Under the pieces are notes generated by a model. That model had not been told where the DNA came from and searched no databases. It saw only the letters and a list, made by a program, of their open reading frames with translations. Positions 44,261-54,319 of a DNA stretch of 55,311 nucleotides are shown one piece after another. Source of the DNA: a bacterium (lineage in GTDB: Bacteria; UBP4; UBA4092; JAOAEQ01); NCBI GenBank assembly GCA_041946755.1, contig JBHGBB010000001.1:1-55311 (forward strand). Direction: 5' to 3'. How positions within the stretch are numbered: position 1 is the first letter of the stretch; each line of letters opens with the position of its first letter. The translations under genes and the position numbers were made by a program.

Positions 44261-45091
44261 TTATAGTTCATCAACAAACTGGTCTTCGAAATGCCGGAAA
44301 ATGATTATGCCCACCCATAAGATTAAAAATGACATCAACGCGGTTATTCCAAGAAACGTAATCCATTCAGAAAATGAAGGGCCGAAGGTAATATTGGTAT
44401 TATAACTGTTTCCTAATAATATTTTGCGATATCCGGTAAATATCGGGACCAGCGGGTTTAATAGAAATATACGGTATACCGGTTCGGATAAATGCTGTTT
44501 CGCCAGGCTGATCGGATAAAATATCGGGGTTAAATAGAACCAGGCGGTCATAATCGCATCTAATATCGCGGCGGTATCCCGGAAGAAAACATTTAATGCT
44601 GAAGTAATCAAACCCAGGCCGGTAACGAATATCAGATGGATGAACAGTAATACCGGTAACCATACGATATATATAGTTATCGGCATCCGATAGATAACCA
44701 GAAAAATAAAGAGGATGATTAAGGATAATAATAGATTAATCAGTTCCGCGACTATCGCCGAAACCGGGAATATCTCGCGCGGGAGTTTAACTTTCTTTAT
44801 CAGATTCGCATTGCTGATTAACGAATTAGTCGCATTGTTCGTTCCGGTAATATGAAATCCCCAAGGCAGCAGCGCACATAATAAATATAACGGATAAGGA
44901 GTATTCATATCTATCGGAAATCGAAATACTACCGAAAACACAATAGTTAAAATAATCATGGTAAATAGCGGTCGCAATAAGGACCATAAGAAACCCAGAA
45001 CGGTAACTTTATATCGCGCCTTCAAATCCCGTTGTACCAGACTCCATAACAATTCCCGATAGTGGATCAACTGCCGTATCAAAGTAAACAT
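44261..45091 (-). CDS. ABC-2 type polysaccharide/O-antigen exporter permease (Wzm/TagG-like)
   Basis: YRELLWSLVQRDLKARYK..LGFLWSLLRPL N-terminal signature; six TM segments. Confidence 0.8.
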   Translation of the reverse strand: MFTLIRQLIHYRELLWSLVQRDLKARYKVTVLGFLWSLLRPLFTMIILTIVFSVVFRFPIDMNTPYPLYLLCALLPWGFHITGTNNATNSLISNANLIKKVKLPREIFPVSAIVAELINLLLSLIILFIFLVIYRMPITIYIVWLPVLLFIHLIFVTGLGLITSALNVFFRDTAAILDAIMTAWFYLTPIFYPISLAKQHLSEPVYRIFLLNPLVPIFTGYRKILLGNSYNTNITFGPSFSEWITFLGITALMSFLILWVGIIIFRHFEDQFVDEL

Positions 45092-45211
45092 ATATCGATT
45101 ATATTAACGAAATATGACTGGTTTATAGACAAAATCCTCGTACAAGATATATAATCTTACCAATCTCTGATATAATTTTATTTGATACAATTATAGTTAT
45201 TTTTTAAGATA

Positions 45212-46348
45212 ATGTCTATGCAAATCGATAAAAAAAAGAGTAAGATACCGGCGTCAAATCATAAAAAAATAATGGTTAAACTCGCCAAACGGAGTTATCC
45301 CATCTATATCGAGCCGGGATTGTTAACGCAAATCCATCGATATATCAAAAAACTATCCATCGGGAAACAGATTGCTCTCATCACCAATCCGACCGTCGGT
45401 AACCTGTATGCAGAAACGGTTAAATCAGAATTATGCCAAGCTGGATTGCAACCGGTTATCTTCGCTATCCCTGATGGCGAATGGTATAAAAATCTAGATG
45501 TGGTTCGCGACCTCTATTCGCGACTCCTCGAACAGGGATTCGACCGTAACTCCGCGATCGTTGCGCTTGGTGGAGGAGTAATTGGCGATCTTGCCGGATT
45601 CGTTGCCGCAACCTACCTGCGCGGGATACCATTCATTCAGATACCGACTACACTACTCGCTCAAGTCGATAGCAGTGTCGGTGGCAAAGTTGGGGTTAAT
45701 CTGTTGGAAGGAAAGAACCTGGTCGGCAGTTTCTATCAACCAATCCTGGTACTTATCGATCCAACCGTATTAACTACATTACCGGAACGCGAACTTAAAT
45801 CGGGGTTGGCTGAAGTAATCAAACATGGGGTCATATACGACACGGCATTTTTCGGTTGGCTAGAAAAAAACATTCCGCAAATCCTTGATCTCGATTTGCA
45901 ATGCTTAACTACTATCATCGCTCGGAGTTGTGAGATTAAAGCGGAAGTAGTCAGTCTAGATGAAATCGAACATGGATTACGAGCGATCTTAAATTTTGGG
46001 CACACCATCGGTCATGCAATCGAAACTTTGACCGGTTATGAACGCTATCGGCATGGAGAAGCAGTCGCTATCGGTATGGTTGCTGCCGGTAAACTTGCAC
46101 AATCTATCACCCGCTTTAATCCTCAAGAATCAATACGGCTAATTAATCTTATTAACGCTACCGGGCTGCCAACTGCTATTCCCAACTTGGCAATATCCAA
46201 GTTTTTAGATACAATATATCGAGATAAAAAAATTACTAATCATATGCTCCGGATGGTTTTACCGCAGAAACTTGGACAGGTTAAGATAATAAACGATATT
46301 TCCGAGAAACAAATTATCCAAACTATTCGAGCTTTAACAGCGAAATAA
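45212..46348 (+). CDS. aroB: 3-dehydroquinate synthase
   Basis: [40 protein letters not shown] and the metal-site motif NFGHTIGHA. Confidence 0.9.
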   Translation: MSMQIDKKKSKIPASNHKKIMVKLAKRSYPIYIEPGLLTQIHRYIKKLSIGKQIALITNPTVGNLYAETVKSELCQAGLQPVIFAIPDGEWYKNLDVVRDLYSRLLEQGFDRNSAIVALGGGVIGDLAGFVAATYLRGIPFIQIPTTLLAQVDSSVGGKVGVNLLEGKNLVGSFYQPILVLIDPTVLTTLPERELKSGLAEVIKHGVIYDTAFFGWLEKNIPQILDLDLQCLTTIIARSCEIKAEVVSLDEIEHGLRAILNFGHTIGHAIETLTGYERYRHGEAVAIGMVAAGKLAQSITRFNPQESIRLINLINATGLPTAIPNLAISKFLDTIYRDKKITNHMLRMVLPQKLGQVKIINDISEKQIIQTIRALTAK

Positions 46349-46355
46349 GGCAGTT

Positions 46356-46814
46356 ATGAAAAAACATAAAATACTGGTACTGCATGGTCCGAATTTGCAA
46401 TTATTAGGACAACGGGAAAAAGCAGTTTATGGCACCATCACCTTATCTCAAATCAATCGGGCATTAGAAAAACTTGCTGCAGAACTGAACTTAGAATTGA
46501 AATGTATTCAATCGAATCAGGAAGGTGAACTGGTAGAGATTATTGGAACGCTCGGTTCTACCTGGGCTGAAGGATTGCTCATCAATCCCGCAGCATATAC
46601 GCATACCAGTATTGCAATTCGGGATGCCATTGCGGCTATCTCGATTCCGGCTGTAGAAGTTCATATTTCCAATATTTATGCCCGGGATAAGTTTCGGCAT
46701 CATTCTTATATCGCTCCGGTCGCTATCGGTCAAATCGCGGGATTTGGTATCGAGAGTTACCTGTTGGGATTACGTGCCTTAGTCGCAAATATTCAAAAAC
46801 GAACCGCAAAATAA
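46356..46814 (+). CDS. aroQ: type II 3-dehydroquinate dehydratase
   Basis: [33 protein letters not shown] and [12 protein letters not shown] motifs. Confidence 0.9.
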   Translation: MKKHKILVLHGPNLQLLGQREKAVYGTITLSQINRALEKLAAELNLELKCIQSNQEGELVEIIGTLGSTWAEGLLINPAAYTHTSIAIRDAIAAISIPAVEVHISNIYARDKFRHHSYIAPVAIGQIAGFGIESYLLGLRALVANIQKRTAK

Positions 46815-46856
46815 AAATAAAAAGTAGCTTGGTAGATAGGTTTTAGTTTAAAATAG

Positions 46857-46885
46857 TTGACAAATGAGCTAGATTGGAGTAAGGT
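46857..46885 (+). promoter_or_regulatory. sigma-70-like promoter upstream of 46939 gene
   Basis: TTGACA (46857-46862), 17-nt spacer, TAAGGT (46880-46885). Confidence 0.3.
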
Positions 46886-46938
46886 ATCTAGCAGGAATAG
46901 AATTGGGATAAAAGAATATTTAACGATAATTTACGTCT

Positions 46939-48144
46939 ATGAAACTCGGTAAAACCGAAAAAACCGTTGCCGTTGCAGTAAGCGCTTTGGGATTAATTGC
47001 CGTAATCCATTTTATCTTATACCGTCCGCAATCAAGTGCCTTATCGGAAATCAACAAACAATGGTCGGCTGCGGCAGCGCAATATCAAGAGTTTTATAAA
47101 TATGATTTATCACAAAAAGAGATTCTCTCGATAGATTCGCAAGTTAATTATCTTGCTGCAAGTTATGATTCCGCCAAACATGTGCTCCAATTTTCTCAAA
47201 GCCTTGATGCCTCGAAAGGAAATCAAGCGATATTAGAGGCACTCCAGACTCTTAAACAAACCGAAAAAAATAGTGGCAAAACTTTAGTTAAAATTTTTGC
47301 TAATTGGAATATTACCGATGATGTTCCGGGTTTAGATCCACGCCGGATACCTGATTATCTCGATGACCTAAAAACCAAGAAAGCGGTTCTAAAACTACCC
47401 AATCTGGATCCGACACTCAAACAAGAGTTTACCGCTAAATATTATGATACCAAGAAAAAACTGGGATTTAATACCGCTGAATTAGGCCAGATGCCTCCAT
47501 TGGTCGCATATCTCAAGCAATTAAAAATATATAGTTATATCAAAACCAATCTAGGTGATAATTATCGGGTTTCTGATAAAGAATTATTCGATTTACTGGA
47601 ATTATCTTCGAAAGAGCAGAAAAATGTAGGAGATTATTTATTTATCTTAAAAAATGCTAATAATTTGGTGAAACTTGCTATCGATTGTGAAGTTGATGCT
47701 GTTAGTGCTTTGAATCTAAATCTGGAAGAACCAACATATCGGCCTTCAGATAAACCGGCAGCAACACCAGTCACCTCAACGATAACACAACCAGGTAGAT
47801 TTCCCGGAAGATCTCCGATGTTTGACGGTCCAGGGGCACCACCGCCAGAAATGGGTGGTCCACCACGCGGTATGGCACCGGTTGAAGGAGCCGGAGGTCC
47901 TATGTTTAGAGCACCAACACAAGTTGCTACTCCGGCAGCCCCTACAGCAAAACCAATTGCTACTGCTTGGCCAATCGAAATAAAAATTAAAGCGAATAAT
48001 CTGGCATTTAACAAATTCCTTTATGGAGTTTCAAATTCACCGGCCTTAGCCGAAATCAAAGAAATCGAAGTACAAGCCCTTGATGAAGGTAAAGTCCAAG
48101 TTCGGCTTAAAGTATATTATTATACCGGATTCACCGCAACTTAA
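46939..48144 (+). CDS. membrane-anchored protein with coiled-coil, Pro/Gly-rich linker and PilO/GspM-like C-terminal domain (hypothetical)
   Basis: N-terminal TM helix (VAVAVSALGLIAVIHFILY). Linker PGRFPGRSPMFDGPGAPPPEMGGPPRGMAPVEGAGGPMF. C-terminus WPIEIKIKANNLAFNKFLYGVSNSP.LAEIKEIEVQ.....KVQVRLKVYYY resembles the PilO-type ferredoxin-like fold. Confidence 0.35.
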   Translation: MKLGKTEKTVAVAVSALGLIAVIHFILYRPQSSALSEINKQWSAAAAQYQEFYKYDLSQKEILSIDSQVNYLAASYDSAKHVLQFSQSLDASKGNQAILEALQTLKQTEKNSGKTLVKIFANWNITDDVPGLDPRRIPDYLDDLKTKKAVLKLPNLDPTLKQEFTAKYYDTKKKLGFNTAELGQMPPLVAYLKQLKIYSYIKTNLGDNYRVSDKELFDLLELSSKEQKNVGDYLFILKNANNLVKLAIDCEVDAVSALNLNLEEPTYRPSDKPAATPVTSTITQPGRFPGRSPMFDGPGAPPPEMGGPPRGMAPVEGAGGPMFRAPTQVATPAAPTAKPIATAWPIEIKIKANNLAFNKFLYGVSNSPALAEIKEIEVQALDEGKVQVRLKVYYYTGFTAT

Positions 48145-48279
48145 TTCAAAAATTTTATTGGTTATTACTACCTCCCATTAACTCCGATATTTGTTCTGTA
48201 TTCCTAAATCACTCTATATCAATGCCATGAATTTAGGGTAGAATCATATCCATCATCTAAAAACGACTCAATTATTACT

Positions 48280-49833
48280 ATGTCTGCTGAACGGAAAAAA
48301 ATAGTGGTACGGAATTCGATCTATTCTGTAGTAAACGATTTGGTGAATATCCCATTAAAGTTAATTTTGATCGGATATATCATTTCGAAACTCGGAATTG
48401 CAGAATATGGTATCTGGTCGCTCGTCGGCGTTCTTGGCGGACAAATCGCGCAAATGACCCTCAGTATTCCTCAAGGTATTACCAAATATATCCCGGAATA
48501 TTTGGCTCAAAATCTGACTGATAAAGTTAATGCAGTTTTATCGACTGCGTTAGTTTTATATATTCTCGTTGGATTAATAATTTTAATCCTTGCATTTTTT
48601 CTGCAATTTAAGATTTTCATGTTTATTTTTCATCTTGCTCCGGAACAATATCATCGATATAATTTTATTTTTTGGGGGGTAGTATTGGTTTTTATCGGCA
48701 ATCATATTTTTGGCATTTATCCTTCCTTACTCAACGGATTGCAACGCATGGACCTTGTTTCCATGATCAGTATGATTTCTAATATTATTGAAGTTATCAT
48801 TTCATTACTGATTCTGCGGTTTAATGGCGGGTTAACCGGTCTGGTCTGGCTGATGATTTTTATCGATAGCGCCACGATATTGTCGTATATTATCTATTCC
48901 AAAGTATTATTTAACCCATTAAAAATCAGATTTAAGTTGTTCCGGTATGCAGAATTAAAAAAAATCTTGAAGTATAGTCTCCAATTACAGGTTAGCGGGT
49001 TTGCTAGTCAAGCGGTGGTCGATTTACCAAAAGTATTTATCAGTTATTTTTTAGGTACCAGCGCGACTGGATTATATGATGTCGCATTAAAGGTGGTCGT
49101 AATACTCCGAAAACTTTTAATGCGATTGATTAGTCCGATTATGCCGGTCGCATCTGAGTTATTTGCCTTGCAACAGAACCTGACCATTAAACGGCTTTTT
49201 TTACAGTCGTTACGTTATCTCTATTTAATCGGATTCCCGTTATTCGCATTTATCTTCGCTTTCGCTCCGCAATTAGTCCGATTCTGGCTGGGTCAAGGAG
49301 TAGACATCACCGCGGCTGCCTCAACCATGCGATGGCTCACTATTTGTTTCTGGATAAACCTTACCGTCGTTCCGGCATCATATTTATTAAACGGTATTGG
49401 GAAACCAAAATACGGTATGTACTCTGCCATGCTGACATTATTTCTCATGGTCATACTAACTCCTATTTCGATCTATTATCTGCATTATTTTGGGGCGGTA
49501 CTAGCGGTATTTATCTCCTGGGGATTAAGCTCTTTCATTCTTCATTATCAGTTTTTCAGAACCATGCAATTTTCGGTTCGCATCATTCCTTCAAAGACGG
49601 TAATAGCATATCCGGTGCAAATTGCGATTATTACCGGAATGTTTTATGGTATCGGTATGCTGCTGCCGATGCCCCGATTTTTATTTATCTTATTTTCAGG
49701 GATTATTTTTATTTGCTATTTCCTATTACTATTCTGGCAGAAGCATCTGGAATTATATGATCTTGAATTGATTAAACCATATATTCCAAATCGGATGTTT
49801 CTCATGTTTAAGAACATGATTGATCGCAATTAA
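48280..49833 (+). CDS. polysaccharide flippase (Wzx / MOP superfamily)
   Basis: 517 aa with about 14 TM segments; N-terminal NSIYSVVNDLVNIPLKLILIGYIISKLG pattern. Confidence 0.75.
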   Translation: MSAERKKIVVRNSIYSVVNDLVNIPLKLILIGYIISKLGIAEYGIWSLVGVLGGQIAQMTLSIPQGITKYIPEYLAQNLTDKVNAVLSTALVLYILVGLIILILAFFLQFKIFMFIFHLAPEQYHRYNFIFWGVVLVFIGNHIFGIYPSLLNGLQRMDLVSMISMISNIIEVIISLLILRFNGGLTGLVWLMIFIDSATILSYIIYSKVLFNPLKIRFKLFRYAELKKILKYSLQLQVSGFASQAVVDLPKVFISYFLGTSATGLYDVALKVVVILRKLLMRLISPIMPVASELFALQQNLTIKRLFLQSLRYLYLIGFPLFAFIFAFAPQLVRFWLGQGVDITAAASTMRWLTICFWINLTVVPASYLLNGIGKPKYGMYSAMLTLFLMVILTPISIYYLHYFGAVLAVFISWGLSSFILHYQFFRTMQFSVRIIPSKTVIAYPVQIAIITGMFYGIGMLLPMPRFLFILFSGIIFICYFLLLFWQKHLELYDLELIKPYIPNRMFLMFKNMIDRN

Positions 49834-49860
49834 ATTATATATTATTGGTATATATTATTT

Positions 49861-50985
49861 ATGATACGGGTATTACATCTAATCAGTTCTTCTAATATTG
49901 GCGGATCACCGAAACATACGTTACTCCTCTGCCAGGAATTGGATAAATTGGGCTGCGCTACCCTGATTATTTCACCGCCAGCCGGCTCATTTGAATCTGA
50001 AATCAAGCAAAGCGGTATCTCTTGGGAACCGGTTAATTTAAATTCAGCGTTCCGTTCCTCTCTCTATCCAGAGCTACTCCAGATAATAAATCAACATCAG
50101 ATAAACCTGATCCATACTCATGAATTGAAAGCCGATTATATCGGAATGCGGATAGCCAAGAAAACCGGGCTGCCTTTAATCACCACGATTCATAATATGA
50201 TTAATAAAGGACCATTACCGGTATGGAAAAAGATGATTTATATCCGACTAAGCCGGTATCTGGCTCAACGGCAGCATAAAATTATCGTAGTATCGGAAGC
50301 GGTCCGCCAGAATACTATCCACGCTTTACATATCCCAGCCGGAAAAATCATTACAGTCAGAAATGGAACGAAAATATATCCTTTGAATCCAAATCTGAAT
50401 ATAACTTCAATCCGGCAGCAATTAGGATTGAATCCACAAGCTCCGGTTATTGCATGTATCTCGCGACTGATTCCAGTACAAAAAGGGCATCGGTATCTTC
50501 TTCTAGCCGCGCAACAGGTGATTAAACAGAAACCGGAAGCACAATTCCTCATTGTCGGTGACGGAACGATTCGCAATGCATTAGTAGAATTAGCCACCCA
50601 ACTTAAGATACAATCGAATATTCATTTCACCGGCTGGCAGAGTAATATTCAAGATATTTTAGCGAGTATCGATATCTGTGCGGTCCCATCATTATGGGAC
50701 CCGTTACCTCGGATAGTTCTGGAAGCGATGGTTGCCGGGAAACCGGTAGTCGCCAGTAATATCGATGGGATACCGGAAGCAGTGGTTGATGGCGAGACTG
50801 GGATTCTGGTTCCGCCGGCAGACGAAAATAGCCTGGCAAAAGCGATTGTCGAATTATTAGAACACCTCGAGAAAGCTGAACAGATGGGAGAAGCCGGCCG
50901 GAATCGGGCGATAGCTGAATTTAGCAGCGAACGCCATGCGCAAGAAGTTCTGAAAGTATATCAAGAAATACTTTCCACTGACTGA
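49861..50985 (+). CDS. glycosyltransferase family 4
   Basis: MIRVLHLISSSNIGGSPKH N-terminus; C-terminal LEAMVAGKPVVASNIDGIPEAVVDGETGILV (E-x7-E). Confidence 0.85.
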   Translation: MIRVLHLISSSNIGGSPKHTLLLCQELDKLGCATLIISPPAGSFESEIKQSGISWEPVNLNSAFRSSLYPELLQIINQHQINLIHTHELKADYIGMRIAKKTGLPLITTIHNMINKGPLPVWKKMIYIRLSRYLAQRQHKIIVVSEAVRQNTIHALHIPAGKIITVRNGTKIYPLNPNLNITSIRQQLGLNPQAPVIACISRLIPVQKGHRYLLLAAQQVIKQKPEAQFLIVGDGTIRNALVELATQLKIQSNIHFTGWQSNIQDILASIDICAVPSLWDPLPRIVLEAMVAGKPVVASNIDGIPEAVVDGETGILVPPADENSLAKAIVELLEHLEKAEQMGEAGRNRAIAEFSSERHAQEVLKVYQEILSTD

Positions 50986-51035
50986 CACTGATCAAGAAAA
51001 CAGCTTAGCACTGATATTTTGAGTTAATTATTGTT

Positions 51036-51070
51036 TGTTTCGAATTTCGATATTCGATATTCGGATTTAT
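51036..51070. repeat. half copy of the CGAATATCGAA-type element
   Basis: TTTGTTTCGAATTTCGATATTCGATATTCGGATTT, just upstream of ATG 51077. Confidence 0.75.
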
Positions 51071-51076
51071 CATATT

Positions 51077-52240
51077 ATGCATATTTGCTTATTAACTCGG
51101 GCGTTACCTTCTCATCAATTCGGGGGACTAGAAACCCATACCCTAGCTTTAGCACAAGGGCTAGTCAGCCGCGGGCATAAGGTAACGATTATCTCTTCTG
51201 CCAAAGCGGTTACCGCTGAGTTTCGTTCTCTGTATTCGCAAATTAAGGTTGTTGAACTCCCAAAAACATTACCTGGGAAATATAGTTTATCTTTTTTCCG
51301 GGAATCAGTGAAATTGATTGATGAATTGGATAAACAAGAATCGTTCGATATCATTCATTCTCAGGGATTCGCGGCATTCGGTTATATGTTTTTTAAAGTT
51401 AAACCCTTAGTGGTTACCATCCATGGCACGTTAACATCGGAGACTATGTTATTTCCCAAGAAATTCTCGATTCCCAACCTCTGGAAATATCGGAAACGGT
51501 TAGGAATCAGCCCGTTATACCGGCAGTTATTATCTCGGGCGGATACCATTCTAGTTGATAGCCATTTCTCTGAACAGCTCTTATTACAAGAGAATGAAAC
51601 GCTTAATAAGAAACTAGCAGTAGTATATTTAGGAATCGATACCAATCACTTTATCTCTTCCGATAAAACCAAAGCGAAACCGCATTTTGGAATTGCCTCG
51701 GATTTCCTGATTTTAGCTTTCGGTCGGATTACGCATAGTAAAGGGTATCATATCCTTATCGAAGCATTGCGCAAGATTAATAATATTCCTTATCAGGTTA
51801 TCATCGCTGGAGATGGACCATATCGCAGTCAGTTAGAAAAGATGGTTAAACAGTATCATCTAGATCGCGTTACGTTTTTGGGGAAAGTAGCAGAATCTGA
51901 AGTTCCCGGTTTATATAGGGCGGCAGATGTTTTCGTTCATCCGGATTTAACCGCACCGGCGTTTGGATTAGTTGCGGCTGAAGCGTTATCGTGCGGCACC
52001 CCGGTGATCGCTTCTCATACCGGTGCGTTACCGGAAGTGGTAACCCCGGAAGTAGGGATAACCATACCACCGGGAGACCCGGAAACATTAGCCAGCGCTA
52101 TGCTCGAATTATATCTAAATAGTAAGCGAAGAAACCAGATGGGTATTGCTGCTCGGCAGCGAGCGGAATCGTTATTTACTTTAGAACGTATGGCAGCAGA
52201 AACAGAATCAGCATATCGAAAAACAGTAGCCAGTAGATAG
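51077..52240 (+). CDS. glycosyltransferase family 4
   Basis: MHICLLTRALPSHQFGGLETH; AAEALSCGTPVIASHTGALPEVV. ATG 51077 chosen because the track start at 51035 is encoded by the repeat. Confidence 0.85.
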   Translation: MHICLLTRALPSHQFGGLETHTLALAQGLVSRGHKVTIISSAKAVTAEFRSLYSQIKVVELPKTLPGKYSLSFFRESVKLIDELDKQESFDIIHSQGFAAFGYMFFKVKPLVVTIHGTLTSETMLFPKKFSIPNLWKYRKRLGISPLYRQLLSRADTILVDSHFSEQLLLQENETLNKKLAVVYLGIDTNHFISSDKTKAKPHFGIASDFLILAFGRITHSKGYHILIEALRKINNIPYQVIIAGDGPYRSQLEKMVKQYHLDRVTFLGKVAESEVPGLYRAADVFVHPDLTAPAFGLVAAEALSCGTPVIASHTGALPEVVTPEVGITIPPGDPETLASAMLELYLNSKRRNQMGIAARQRAESLFTLERMAAETESAYRKTVASR

Positions 52241-52305
52241 TAGTTGGAATCTAGGGTAAAAACTAGTTTTTCTCTATCTACTAGATGCTAGCTACAATTT
52301 GTACA

Positions 52306-53574
52306 ATGAATATTCTATATCTAACCTATAACAGCGTGATGAGATTAGGGATTTTGCGGTCGCAGGTAGAGACGTTATTAAAACTGCTTACTGCAAAATA
52401 TCCGAATGAGTTTAGGTTTACGCTGATTACGGTTGAACGATGGAAGGATTATAAAAATAAGCAGTTAAAATCTTCATTCCGGCAAGAGATGGCAGCAGCC
52501 GGGATTCGGGTTATTATTGTTCCAAAGCTTTTACCGGAGTTTCTTAGAATAGAAAGCGCTCAAACCTCGTTCTGGCAGCGGGTATATTCGAACTTAACCT
52601 TTCTTCTTGATTTTATACTCTTATTAAAAGTTACCGGCTATGTTATTCTGCGATACCAGATTCGGAGTATTCATACCCGGAGCTATGTTCCGGGAATAAT
52701 CGGTTTATTTTATAAACGATTGTTTAGAAAGAAATATATTTTCGACCCACGTGGCTTGATCCCGGAAGAACTCTTATTAGCGCAAGGCTGGTCGAAAACC
52801 AGCCGGAAATACCGAGTTTGGAAACGCATCGAACGATGGCTATTGAAAGGTGCGGATACCGTTTTCGTTCTCTCTCAACCATTTGCCAAACATTATCAGG
52901 AAATCATACCAACACTTCAACCGATTATCACTCCCTGTTGTGTCGATACCGATCAATTCAAGTATGATACTGATAAACGAATAGAATCAAGGAAAAAGTT
53001 CGGGGTTGAAAATAATCTGGTTGTAGTATTCACGGTCGGCGCGTTTGTCCCCTATCAGCAGCTTGACGGTGGAATAAACTTATTTCAGCAGATATTAACT
53101 CTTCGCCCCGATGCTAAACTATTCCTATTAACTCCCGATAAAGAGCAAATCGAAAAGTATATAGCAGGTAATTCCGCAATCCGCAATCCGCAATCTGCAA
53201 TTACTATTTATTCACCTGCATTTCAGGAGATGCCGGAATATTTGATGGTGAGCGATATCGCGATATTAGTTCGGGTGCCATCGGTAATCAGCGAAGTTGC
53301 ATCTCCGGTAAAATTCGCTGAATATTTAGCCTGCGGAGTACCGGTAATCGCATATCCGAATATCGGCGATACCCAACAGATTATTGAGCCAAATCAGGTG
53401 GGGATTATTATTGACCCGAAGAACGACAGTTATACCGAACAACAGTTACGCACACTACTTAACCAGTTTACCGACCGAGAAACACTATCACTCCGCTGCC
53501 GGGCTACGGCTATTGATCAACTTTCCTGGAATCACTATCTAGAAATATATTTCAAAATATATTCTCAAGTGTAA
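52306..53574 (+). CDS. glycosyltransferase (GT4-like)
   Basis: MNILYLTYNS... and the C-terminal KFAEYLACGVPVIAYPNIGD. It contains the heptamer repeat at 53173-53200. Confidence 0.7.
   Translation: MNILYLTYNSVMRLGILRSQVETLLKLLTAKYPNEFRFTLITVERWKDYKNKQLKSSFRQEMAAAGIRVIIVPKLLPEFLRIESAQTSFWQRVYSNLTFLLDFILLLKVTGYVILRYQIRSIHTRSYVPGIIGLFYKRLFRKKYIFDPRGLIPEELLLAQGWSKTSRKYRVWKRIERWLLKGADTVFVLSQPFAKHYQEIIPTLQPIITPCCVDTDQFKYDTDKRIESRKKFGVENNLVVVFTVGAFVPYQQLDGGINLFQQILTLRPDAKLFLLTPDKEQIEKYIAGNSAIRNPQSAITIYSPAFQEMPEYLMVSDIAILVRVPSVISEVASPVKFAEYLACGVPVIAYPNIGDTQQIIEPNQVGIIIDPKNDSYTEQQLRTLLNQFTDRETLSLRCRATAIDQLSWNHYLEIYFKIYSQV
53173..53200 (+). repeat. heptanucleotide tandem repeat TCCGCAA x3 plus TCTGCAA inside a CDS
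   Basis: tccgcaa tccgcaa tccgcaa tctgcaa, translated as ..NSAIRNPQSAI.. Confidence 0.9.
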
Positions 53575-53617
53575 TAAAAAGAGTATCAGTATAGTGAGAT
53601 AAATAATGCGGGATAAT

Positions 53618-53968
53618 TTAGTGGCGTAATTCGTTATGCACCTGCTGAATTTTCTTTTCCAAATCAGGAATATCTTCCTGAACTACTTTCCAGGTACGTT
53701 CTATATTTACTCCTGAATATTCATGAATTAATATATCACGTAATCCGGATATTTCTTTCCAAGGAATATCCGGATATTTAATTCGGACTTCTTCTGGAAC
53801 ATTTTTCACTGCTTCACCAATAATCTCCAATCGGCGGATCACCGCATCTTGAACTTGCTGATTATCGAGAAATGCTTCTATAGTTAACGCATGAGTATAT
53901 TCTTTAATCCGGTTGATGCAGTCTATAATATCTTCAATATACACTAGCAAATCGCGATGCGGCTTCAT
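53618..53968 (-). CDS. hepT: HepT-like (DUF86) RNase toxin, type VII toxin-antitoxin
   Basis: 116 aa; GLRDILIHEY contains the R-x4-H-x-Y motif. It overlaps the upstream antitoxin gene by 4 nt (ATGA). Confidence 0.8.
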   Translation of the reverse strand: MKPHRDLLVYIEDIIDCINRIKEYTHALTIEAFLDNQQVQDAVIRRLEIIGEAVKNVPEEVRIKYPDIPWKEISGLRDILIHEYSGVNIERTWKVVQEDIPDLEKKIQQVHNELRH

Positions 53969-54252
53969 AGAATAATTACTTGTTCGCTTAGGATGTAATT
54001 TCGGAGTTGCGGTTTGATGGCCGAATATTCAATCAAATCAACTTTTTTCCCGAGAGTCTGTTCTAATTCGAGTTTGATTTTAATAAATCCGAGTAGACTG
54101 ATATCTTTTTTAAGTTCTACCAGAATATCGATATCACTTTTCGGAGTAATGTCATCTCGTATAGAAGAACCAAATAATCCGGCTTTAGTCACCCCATACT
54201 GGATTAGTATAGGCAATATTTTTTGTTTTATTTTTTCTATGTTTGTCTTCAT
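53965..54252 (-). CDS. mntA: MntA-like minimal nucleotidyltransferase antitoxin
   Basis: 95 aa; GLFGSSIRDD and SDIDILV (G-S-x10-D-x-D) motifs. Confidence 0.8.
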   Translation of the reverse strand: MKTNIEKIKQKILPILIQYGVTKAGLFGSSIRDDITPKSDIDILVELKKDISLLGFIKIKLELEQTLGKKVDLIEYSAIKPQLRNYILSEQVIIL

Positions 54253-54319
54253 AAGATTTTCTGATATAAAAAGTATTATATATTATCTCAAGCCTCCCAA
54301 TCAAATATTAAGTCCCTAT

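Noticed and set aside
47634-48014. 126-aa antisense ORF, together with similar shadow ORFs (33867-34274, 32445-32810, 49332-49760, 7028-7393, 50265-50597, 28680-29006)
   Set aside because: All lie inside, and antisense to or out of frame with, longer ORFs that carry recognisable motifs. Their translations are low-complexity, with no RBS.
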